A stretch of DNA of 64,000 nucleotides. Origin: a virus. Taxonomy: Duplodnaviria > Caudoviricetes. A program made the position numbers and the translations under genes. Positions 1 to 10,100 of the stretch are shown one piece after another (the first letter of the stretch is position 1; every line of letters starts with the position of its first letter). Under the pieces are notes generated by a model. The model searched no databases, was not told the DNA's origin, and was given only the letters and a program-made list of their open reading frames with translations. The stretch is from positions 1 to 64,000 of IMG/VR virus record IMGVR_UViG_3300037484_000333; one strand, given 5' to 3'.

Positions 1-2
1 CT

Positions 3-1823
3 GGTGGTTTAGTACCGCAGCCACCGCGCGTTCCCACACCTGGTGACCTCGCACATCGTCAGGCGACTAGGGAAACTACTAGGCAGCGCAGAGAGAATGA
101 GGCTAACAGGCTTCACCCACCCCCACCTCCCGATAGGCTTAGTCAATCCAGGCACACCAGGATAAGGGGTAGTGGTTCATATAACCCTGAAACTGGCGGG
201 TACACAGATATAAGTCAAGGGGCTCCAGGGGCCAGATTTAGTGAAGAGGGTGGCCTTGGTGGTAAGCCTCCGACCTGGAACCCGGTTACTCCTAGGCCTA
301 TACCTGCTCCCAATCCTCCTCCGACGCCAACTCCAGCGCCCAGGCCTGAAGAGTCTGCTCCACCTATGGATCAGATAGCACAGTTTGTTAATCCTGAAAC
401 CCTACGGGATATAGAGAACCAGCTGCTGACCCTGCAAGCCTATGAGAACACACCCCAGTATATCTATGAACGCCTACAGGCCATGTTCCCGCAGGTCAAC
501 CCAGCCCACTTCGTCCAATTGCTTGATACTTGGTATGGTGTGGCTGGTCCACTGACTTCACAAGGCAACCTCGGTAGCTCTCAGGGGGTTAGGGACGAGA
601 TTTCCAGGCTTACTGATATGTTGGCTATGACGCTTAGCCCCGACCGCCAGAACGCTATCAATGCCCAAATATCCAACTTGCGGAACTCTCTTACCTCTGT
701 TGAGCGCCAGGAACAAGACGCCAGAGACGCAGCTGCACGTGAGGAAGAACGGGCCTGGTATGAGGAAACTTATGGTGGGGGTCTAGAAGGCGCGCAAGAA
801 GGTATGGTAGTACTACCTGGGACAGTACCTCCACCCACAACTCCTCAATCCCTCATTCCACCTGGTCAACGCAACCTACCCAGTGAACCAGGAAGCCTAT
901 CTAACAGCCTACCTCAACCGACTTGGGAACCGAGGACTAAGGATACAGAAACCGGAGAGACTGAAACCGACAAGGTCTACCAGTCTGACCTCATCCGTAA
1001 GCAGATGAATGCTCTACGGCAGGCACTGGCTTTGGCCCTAAGCCCCGCAAGGCAGCGTCAAATCCAGTCCCAAATAGACAACCTAGAGCTTGAACTGGTA
1101 GGTCAGCTACGTAAGGAGGACGAGGCAGCTTCTATTGAGTGGCGTGAAGAAGGTAGGAAGTATAATGAGGAACTGTACGAGAAGAGTAAGGCCGAAGCTG
1201 AGGCGGAAAATAACCGCATCGCTAAAGAAAATAAGAGACTCGCAGCCAAAGACGAAGCAGCGGTTGATGACATCACAGGCCTTCCGGCGAGCGAGGGTGG
1301 TCTTGGGGTCGAAACACCCACTGGACCGGGACTTGGTGCGGTTGCTGGACAGTCGGCTCAAGTTATAGGGTGGCCCGGTCTTGACGCCAACGAGCGCATG
1401 GTAGTTAACTGGGACACCGGCAAAGTTAGTATAGTTGACAAGACCACTAACAAGGTCCTTTATGATTGGGACTACGCTACAGGAACTGGCACCTGGAAAG
1501 AGGGAGTTTCCATAATGACCTGGGAGAACTTCCAATCAATGTGGAACGCTGAGCAGGTTACTGTGGGTACACCATATACCACTACGACCCCCACCCCTAC
1601 CACTCCACCCCAAACTACACAAACTGCTCAACCTCAGGGTAAAATGTATATTGACACAGCTACTGGTATGGCATACTTCGTGGCTGCCAATGGCCAACAG
1701 TATAGATATATTCCTGGCCGTCCAGACATAAGTACCTTTGACCCTGTGAACGACCCAGAGTGGCTGAATATGGTTGGTGGCGCACCCACCACCTTTGACA
1801 GCCGCGTTCAGCAGACCTTCTAA
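3..1823 (+). CDS. Putative internal virion protein, 5'-truncated by the window edge (Pro-rich and coiled-coil)
   Basis: The frame of ORF 366..1823 is open back to position 3 with no stop. It contains two copies of a helical LSPxRQxxI motif and lies next to two other large low-complexity virion-module genes. Confidence 0.6.
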   Translation, partial: GGLVPQPPRVPTPGDLAHRQATRETTRQRRENEANRLHPPPPPDRLSQSRHTRIRGSGSYNPETGGYTDISQGAPGARFSEEGGLGGKPPTWNPVTPRPIPAPNPPPTPTPAPRPEESAPPMDQIAQFVNPETLRDIENQLLTLQAYENTPQYIYERLQAMFPQVNPAHFVQLLDTWYGVAGPLTSQGNLGSSQGVRDEISRLTDMLAMTLSPDRQNAINAQISNLRNSLTSVERQEQDARDAAAREEERAWYEETYGGGLEGAQEGMVVLPGTVPPPTTPQSLIPPGQRNLPSEPGSLSNSLPQPTWEPRTKDTETGETETDKVYQSDLIRKQMNALRQALALALSPARQRQIQSQIDNLELELVGQLRKEDEAASIEWREEGRKYNEELYEKSKAEAEAENNRIAKENKRLAAKDEAAVDDITGLPASEGGLGVETPTGPGLGAVAGQSAQVIGWPGLDANERMVVNWDTGKVSIVDKTTNKVLYDWDYATGTGTWKEGVSIMTWENFQSMWNAEQVTVGTPYTTTTPTPTTPPQTTQTAQPQGKMYIDTATGMAYFVAANGQQYRYIPGRPDISTFDPVNDPEWLNMVGGAPTTFDSRVQQTF

Positions 1824-1824
1824 C

Positions 1825-4194
1825 ATGCCATTTGAAGGCCAGCGACGTAACATACCTGGTAAGGGTTGGCACTACTGGGATGGTAGTGGTTGGATACCTG
1901 AGGAAAACCAGACACCTGCTCCCAACATGACACCAGTACCGGCTCCGACTCCTACACCCCCACCTAGTCTGTCTGTGCTGCCACCAGCTACCCCAGTGAA
2001 CTATACTCCCGTACCGCCTATGACCCCTATGGTAGCTCCACAACCTACCACACCGGATGCTCTGTTGTCTTCAGTTCCTACCGCCATTACCGATATGCCG
2101 AAGCTACAGCTACCTACACCACAGCCAAAGCTGCAACCACAGTTTACACCGCCTGCAATGACTCCAGCTCCCACCCAACCGGTAGTTACATCTACAGCAG
2201 GAGCTATTAAGTTATTGGAGTCATTAGGTGTGAAAGCGAAGCCTAGTTTCTTGACAGTGTTGAGAGGTATCCCGTCAGGACCTGGGGCTGATTCCCACTA
2301 CGGTGGGCGTATGTCTTTGGGTAGGTATCCTGGGCTTACTAGGTCTGAAGACTCTGGCCCTATAGGGGAGATAACCTACGAGCAGCCTGAAGACTACCTA
2401 CATGAGGTTGCCCATGTACTGGATGAAAATATACCCGACTCCCAGTGGAAGAAGATCATAGACGAGTCTTTGGCCCATTATGACAGGTTTGACCCAGCTA
2501 CAGCGAAGAGGTTTAGGACCGCTATAAACAACGCCAATCCTGAATTACCCAGGCATGAGGTATTCTCTAGGGTGGTAACGGACTATTTGTTGAATAGTGA
2601 TCAGTGGTCGGATACTAAAATGGGGGCTTTACTAGGTGATTACTTTGAGACTCCTAAGTCTTCTGACGATCTGCACCTGGAACTTAACACCAAGGCCTTT
2701 AAGCTTATAGCCAACGAGATAGACAGGCTTATCAAAGCTCCTAAACCAACAATAGAAGAGATGGCCAGTCCTGAGTGGCGCAGGAAGAACCAAGGTGGAC
2801 CTGGTAACTTGCCTGAACCATATCAAGAAGCTATGGACCCCTATGAGAACTGGCAGTACACCGTCCAACAGGTAGTTGGTAAACTACGTGAGAGGTATCC
2901 AGACTGGTCTGATGAGAAGCTTCGTACTGCCGCAACTTTCGTGTCTACCGATCCCTCTCTGGGTATGATGTTGGTCTTTGGACCTACTGGTATGTTTGGT
3001 CCTGGAGCCAAGGTATTTGGGAAGGCTGCACTTCAAGAGACCGTGGAAAATATAGGTGAGAAGGTGTTTAAGTTTGCAGCCGGACTACCTTGGGCTGAGG
3101 AAGCAGGGATGTTTGGTAATAGACCTATCCGCCCGCCTGCTGAGGTGCCAGTTGAGGTATCTAATATACTGTCAAATAATAAGTTGATTACAGACCTTCC
3201 GGTGGTCTCTGATGTGGTTATTAAATTCAACGAATATATTAAACACTTAAAGAGCATGGGTAAGAAAGAGCCTTTAGCTGTAGGACACTACAACGAAGTC
3301 GTACTAAAACCCAATAGCGGTGGTTGGATAGCACCCGATGGTACCGCCTTCGTACTTAGAGAAGACGCGCTACCTGGCGCTATGGGTGGTACTAGATACA
3401 TGCACTCTTTCCTTCCGTCAAGTATGGATTTGCTGCGACAGGGAGTTAAGTGGTCAGACAACCTACTGGAGGACGACATGCTTAGGCTAGGTTGGATGAG
3501 GTTTACGTGGGGTGGGCGCAATGTTCAGACTTGGCAAATAACCCCCAACCAAGTCAAGATATTAAATGACCTTTGGAGTAAGCTGCCAAAGGACTGGAGG
3601 ACACAAGAGTGGATGGTTGACGTATACGGCACTGGGGAAAGTTTCTCCCGACTTCCAGGTCAATTCACTCGTGGGCTTAATCCCGAAAAACCCTCTGGTG
3701 GGTGGAGCGTCGAGAAGTTTCAGTCTGAGGGAAGAACCATACCTCCCGATGTGATGTCTAAAATAGAACAGCTTCAGAGTGAAAGTCTTACAGTGGCTGG
3801 TAAACTATCGTCTCCCCAAGACCTGTTAGATAAAATATCTCGTAACGAGCGGTTCACTCCAGAAGAAGTGCTTTTGATACGCCAACCAGAGTTCAGGGAT
3901 GTTAAGACCGCTTATCAGGAGTGGGAGACCAAGAACCCAGCTTTTACTCCCCAACGTACTACGAAGCCGCTGGTGGAAAAGACGTTCGACGAGAAGACCT
4001 ATTCATTCGTCAAGAATATGTTGAAGAGGGCTGACACCTTGAAAGAGGCTAAGGCGCGGCTGAAGTCTATGAGGGTTGGCAAGGATATTACGTGGGGTAA
4101 AGAGGAAGTAGCCGCATTTGATGAACTATCTAGCTGGCTAGACTCCTTTGAAGACCGAGAAAACCTATGGATAGTGTGGAAGGGAATGGAATAA
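1825..4194 (+). CDS. Putative internal virion/ejection protein with zincin metallopeptidase motif
   Basis: ATG 1825 follows the upstream TAA. Pro-rich N-terminus; LHEVAHVLDE (HExxH) plus downstream RHEVFSR glutamate. Confidence 0.6.
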   Translation: MPFEGQRRNIPGKGWHYWDGSGWIPEENQTPAPNMTPVPAPTPTPPPSLSVLPPATPVNYTPVPPMTPMVAPQPTTPDALLSSVPTAITDMPKLQLPTPQPKLQPQFTPPAMTPAPTQPVVTSTAGAIKLLESLGVKAKPSFLTVLRGIPSGPGADSHYGGRMSLGRYPGLTRSEDSGPIGEITYEQPEDYLHEVAHVLDENIPDSQWKKIIDESLAHYDRFDPATAKRFRTAINNANPELPRHEVFSRVVTDYLLNSDQWSDTKMGALLGDYFETPKSSDDLHLELNTKAFKLIANEIDRLIKAPKPTIEEMASPEWRRKNQGGPGNLPEPYQEAMDPYENWQYTVQQVVGKLRERYPDWSDEKLRTAATFVSTDPSLGMMLVFGPTGMFGPGAKVFGKAALQETVENIGEKVFKFAAGLPWAEEAGMFGNRPIRPPAEVPVEVSNILSNNKLITDLPVVSDVVIKFNEYIKHLKSMGKKEPLAVGHYNEVVLKPNSGGWIAPDGTAFVLREDALPGAMGGTRYMHSFLPSSMDLLRQGVKWSDNLLEDDMLRLGWMRFTWGGRNVQTWQITPNQVKILNDLWSKLPKDWRTQEWMVDVYGTGESFSRLPGQFTRGLNPEKPSGGWSVEKFQSEGRTIPPDVMSKIEQLQSESLTVAGKLSSPQDLLDKISRNERFTPEEVLLIRQPEFRDVKTAYQEWETKNPAFTPQRTTKPLVEKTFDEKTYSFVKNMLKRADTLKEAKARLKSMRVGKDITWGKEEVAAFDELSSWLDSFEDRENLWIVWKGME

Positions 4195-7100
4195 ATGCCA
4201 ATACCAGGCGAACGTAGACAATTTCCAGATGGCCGCTGGTACATCTTTGACGATGAGGCAGGTGGATGGGTCCCTGAACCTGTAGCTCCTACCTCCCAGC
4301 CGTCTGCTGATGTATTAACACCACACCTTCAGCCTGGTCCAGAGTATGCACCGACGGGCTTGCCAGCCGCTACACCTGTAGCTCCGCCTCCCACCTTGGG
4401 CGTGGCTCCACCTCTATCCCTGCCTCCATCGTTGGCCGATAATGTACCGGCGCTCCCGCCTGCTCTCCAACCAGTACAGGCTCAACCATACCAAACCGCC
4501 CCCATGACATTGGAGCAAGGTCCTAGCGTACCAGTGACCCCACAAGTAAGCGAAGAGGTACCTCTAACCCCACAATATGAAGCCCCTTCCAGGCCATTCA
4601 GCTTTGCCGGTGTACCAGAGCTAAGCCTTGAAACCCCTGAAGAAGTCATCCAGCTGGCCAAGGACGACAAGGAATTCAGCAACCTTCTCCAGTCTAACCT
4701 CGACCCGCTATTTGAAACATTTAACGAAGACGAGAAGATGCGACTGACTGCCAGCCCCGTAGCCTTTATGTCCAATATGACAGAAGACGACTTTACCAAG
4801 TTTGGGGACCAGGCTAACCAGGCTATCTGGAAGACAGTACAAGAATATGACAACCGACGTATGGAGCAAGCCTATGCTGTAGTCCAGTTTGGCAGAGAGT
4901 TTATGGGAAGTGGCCTGACCCCCGAAGAGAAGAAGGTCCAGGAGCTTACAGAGTTCATGGCTGAGGCTGCTAAGGAACCAACCGGTACTGCCGACTTTAT
5001 ATCTGCTACCACTCTCAGGCCGGATGTTGACCCGATATTGCTAGAGCAAATCAGGCTTATGGGTCAAGGCCTCAGAGAAGAGTTTGCTGGCTTGAACCTA
5101 CCAACAGAGTTGCAAGAAGCTGCCGCCACTGAGGTAGGGTATAAGATGATCCCCCAAATCCTTAACGAGAGTGAGGATTGGACAGGGTATGCCCTATCGG
5201 AATATGGGTTGAAGGGTCCAGATGGAACACCCATAGCTGTGGGTACCTTAGCCCACAGCATGGCAGTTTCCCAATTAACTGAAATGGAGAACAAGTCCAG
5301 GTCGGACTACTTTACCAATGTCGTTTCTGGTGGGATGCCAGTTCCTAAGGGCACCACTCCCGACCTGCTACTGGCGGTAGCCTACGCACCATATGAGTAC
5401 CAATCTGAAGTGGTTCCCTCAATGTATACGAAGTCTGTGAAGATAGCGTACCCAGAGCTTTCAGGCGTACCAGACGTGGTATTATGGGCTTTCCTGAACT
5501 CACCCACATTCCGTGATGCCAGCCTTGACCCCAGGAAAGTGGATCAGGAATTGCTAGCCAGCCGTGGTATGGACCTCATATTCGGTATGGAGAGCGAGGA
5601 AAGTCGTTATAAGGCCACACTCGATAAGTTCGGCCTTACTGAAAAGGCTGGTATAGATATTATTAAGCTCCTCCATGACCCATTGTTTAGTAGTCCGCCA
5701 TTTCCTGACGCTGATATAGACTTGGCTAAGGGTGGCGGAGGCCTATCAGACCTGATGCAAGTCGTCACTAAGACTGTTGGGACTGGAGCTGAATACCTCT
5801 CAGGTGGATTTCTAGGTATTCTAGGACTTACAGCTAAGGCAGCTGTGTGGTCTTCCACTGCTGTAACATCTGGAGACCCTGAGCAAGCTGCAAAAGACAT
5901 CAGGCACGCTATTACTAACCCAACCGATACCATACTACCGACCCTAGTTAGCGCATCCAATAGCGGGCACCTTATTACAGACCCGATGGCTGCTGCGTTC
6001 TCCGCACTGGGTGCACCTAGCCGTTATATTGAGGAGGGGTTTGCACCCCACCTGGTTGACAAGTTCTCTAACCAGCCACTGCTAGACGACATCAAGTCAG
6101 GGTTGGCTGATGAGTCCTGGAACAACCTGTCATATAGCTGGTTGGGCGACCAAGACGCACAAAGATACATTCATGAGCGTCTGGAAGAAGACCCATACCA
6201 GGACCAGCTAATACTCCAAATGGAAGTCATGAACCTCGATAAGGAGATACTGTTCGGTACTATTGGTGACCCCCTAAACTTCGGTGGCATATTTCTGGCC
6301 AAAGGGCTTGGTATAGTTGGTACTCGCGCCTCTATTTCCAGGATGTTGGCTAAGGTTACTGCTGAAGGTGGTACACCTATAGAAGTCCTTGAAGCAGTCT
6401 CCAAAATTCCAGGCATACCACGACCACTGAAGAGTGCAATGGTTCGCATGGCCAGTGGGGAAAGGGTTAGTCCTACCTGGCTGGCTATTATAGACGAGAT
6501 GGACCCGAGGAACCTATTCAGAGGTATTATAAGGCCTGCGGGTATTGTGACTGGTGAGTCTGGACTACTAGAACTAGGGGTCGGCAAATGGAAGATGCGG
6601 AACTGGTCTAACTGGTTCTTGGGTAATAAGTTCAAGCCTATGGAACATGCCAGTTATACTAGGGCAGGTGGCGAATTAGCTACCGGCTTGGCTGCAGTGT
6701 CGGAGAAGATCCCAGGTGCAAGGTTCTTCAAGAACCAGCTCAACGCTTGGAAGCGGGAGACCCAGGTTATGCAATCAGTGGCTGGCGGGCTTATAAACTT
6801 CAACGACCCAGCCTCAGCCAATAGGTTCATCAGGGCTTTGACTGCTGCCAAGACACCTGTAGAGGCTACTGATGTGATAGTCAACCAGTTTAGAATGTCT
6901 CCCTATATGACTGAAGACCTCTGGAGAGTATGGGATGTGGTGAGTGATCCACGGTTTGGTGAGATGCTCGAAATGAAGGGGCTGTTCAAGTCACTCAACC
7001 CCACCCTGAAGCTTAGTGACACCGCTGCTAGGAGTATGGGAGAACTGGGTAGGCGTAAGATAGTTAACAAGCTGGACTGGCAAGAGGCCTTCGCCCAGGA

Positions 7101-10100
7101 GCTTGGAAGGGCTTCTAGGCAAGTGTTGTCACCACGCTATAACATAGAGATTCTGGCTGACGGAACTTACAATGTTCCTATCAACCTTAGGGTTCAGCGT
7201 ATGGCTATAGGGGCTTTGGCCCCGCTAGTCCTAATGTCCCCCCGCTACCTAATAGTTAATGGAGCTAACAACCTGTTTATGCAAGGGATAGTTTCTGGAT
7301 ACCTGCCAGGTTTCAAAGCTGGCGATTACTTACGGTACATGGAGTTCGGTGCTGAACCCATCGGAGGGTTCGTCAGTCCTGAGATTGTGGCTGGGCTACA
7401 GGGACTTACTCCAGGTAAGAGGGGTGGTGTGGCTGGCGGCAGCTTTATAGGTCAAGCGGCAGCTGGTGTTGAGAGGACGTGCCGCGAAATGGGTATTGCC
7501 CGTGAGACTAAGATGATATACGACGCATACAGGACTGAGATAGCCCTAGACTTTGGACGTAGGATCACCTCCAGCGGGCTATCGCCAGATGACGCTGCTA
7601 GATGGGCTGCAAGATACCAAGAAGACCCAGTAGCCTTTCGGAATGAGTTTCCCAAGTATATGTCAGGTGAGGAGATCGGACCTATACCTGCTACACACCT
7701 TGGGCCTAAACCACCTGCAGGGTACCCTAACCCTATCGACCAACAGCTGGCCACTGCGTTCACAAGGACTCTACAGAACGTGCTTGCGGGAGAACCTGGT
7801 GCGTATGATAAGGCGTATATAGCTACTGGAACATCCGTTGACTGGCTCCTAAACAAGTCTGGGTTGGTCACAGAACCCGTCAAGACTTATACCACATCTC
7901 TAGGTGAAGTTGAAATCAGCGCCATGTTACGTAACTATGTGGATGACATCGAGAAGCTTGTAGACGCGGGAATCGACTTCAATACAGCCGCAGTCTCTAT
8001 TGGCAACATAGCTTCTAGCAGGGCTGCCGGTACCAGGTTTATTTCTGAGAACTTCGCAATACTGCGGAGAGCTGAGGAAATCCTGCATGAGAAGTTCCCA
8101 GGTGTGGAGATTCCAGACTTTAGTAAGAAGTTGGCTACCAACCTGAGGAAGGTTAACAGGGGTAAGAAGAATCTAAATGATATGGTTGTTGGGGCCATAG
8201 CTGACCCTGGTAAGTTTGATGACTACCTAACTACTATGGGTACTATAACTGATACCATGCGTACTGATGCCCTAACTCACATCAATAGAACCTACTTGGA
8301 GTTTACAAACTGGATAGATGAATTTGCTCCAGTAGGTTCAGCCAACAGGAAGGCCTTGAAGGGGATGTGGTCAGAGCTTAAATTGACTCCCTTTAAGGAC
8401 CTACAATCTACTGTGCCTGATGGTCTTAGGGCTTTGTTCCTCAACCCAGGTGACGAGATTGCCGCCACCTACGCAGTCCCCTCAGTACTGTATGACACTG
8501 CCTGGATGCGTCAGACCCTGAAGAACGCGCAGAAGATGGTCAGAGAGGGAACTGTACCTGCAGCCGTAGCTCCCGAAGCAGGGATCAAGATTAGGGCTGC
8601 ACTGCAATCCGACCTAGATGATTTGGTTAGAAAGGATAGTCTAGTACGTAGAGAGGCCTTCGAGGGTGGCCGCTCTATCACCAATATAGCCATGCACGAC
8701 TATATGGTCCAGGGCCAGTGGGACTACTGGCTGAGGTGGTTCGCACCCTTCCAGTTTTGGTGGACTAGGTCACTATCCAAGATGCCCCTATACATGGCCG
8801 ATAGGCCTGGGCTGTGGGCAACCTTCAATAGGATTATTCAGTCCACTGGTGAGAGGGGTGGTTTCTGGTGGGTCACGGACGAACAGCTTAAGGAGAACCC
8901 TGAGGTTGGAGAAGCCTTAATCAGATACCGTCACAAGATCGGCCTACCCTTCAGTGTCAACGTACCTGGTATGGGTGAGGCACAGCCTTACGTCAACCCT
9001 TGGAACTGGTTGCCACTATCCCCTATGATGCGGTGGCAGCAAGATGACCAAATGGGTACCAACGTTGGTAAGTTGGCAAACATGGTAGACGGATATGGGT
9101 TTGGAATGACTCCACTCCTAGAGGAAGCCATGATTGGTATGGGGTGGTATGGTGAAGAAGCCAAGAGAAACCAAGGTCTATTCCTCACTAACTTCATTCC
9201 AGCACAGGTAGCTGAGATAGCGTTCAAGGGTTTCTCAGGTGGAAAGCTCATACCTTGGAGTACTCCCCAAGACTTCTATGGTGCTAGGCTGGCCCTCCTA
9301 AACGACTACTCCAACGATACTGATATGACAGACCAGGACTTCATGGACGCCCTGGCAGAGATAGACAAGTATGAAGGGCAGTTCATGTTTGGCATACCCA
9401 GCTTCAATAGCAAGTTCGCACGAGAAGCCTGGGTAGAAGCTTCCAACTACCGAACTCTTAAGCAGGGGCTGTCTCTCGGAACCTCACTAAACGTCTCCCT
9501 TAAGTTTGAAGGGGAGACCAACAGTCGCGCAGCCTTTAAGCGTATGGAAAAGAAGATACAAGACTTGAGGTTGAGGTTGGGAAGCGGAGCTATTGGAAGA
9601 CGGGAATATGGTGACCTCTTAGAAGACGCCTTTGCCAGCGAACCAATGGGTAAGGTCTACTACTACTTTAGGGGAGACCCAGATGTCAATGCTGGTAGGG
9701 AAGACTATTACAGTACTGACGAGGAGATTAAGAAGAACTTCTTCAGTGAGGTCAGAGGCCTAGCGCCTGGAGACCCTAAGATTGATACCGCCTCTAGTAA
9801 GGCTTACGAAGACCGACAAGCTGCTCTACAGGAAACTCTAGAGCAGTATAACATCACTGAAGATCAGCTGTTCGGTACCAGTATGAGATGGTGGGAACAG
9901 ACCTACCCACGTATCTTAAAGGACATAGTTGGTGGACAGGCTACACCTGAAGACCTTGAGGAAGCTGCCAAAGTCATTACCTGGAGCCAAGACCTACTGG
10001 CGGTTCAGGCTGGGAACTTCCTACAGTATGGTACTCCCATAGAAACTCCAGAAGAAGTTGGCAAGGCAATGGCCCTAGCCTACTGGGGTATGGATGAGGA

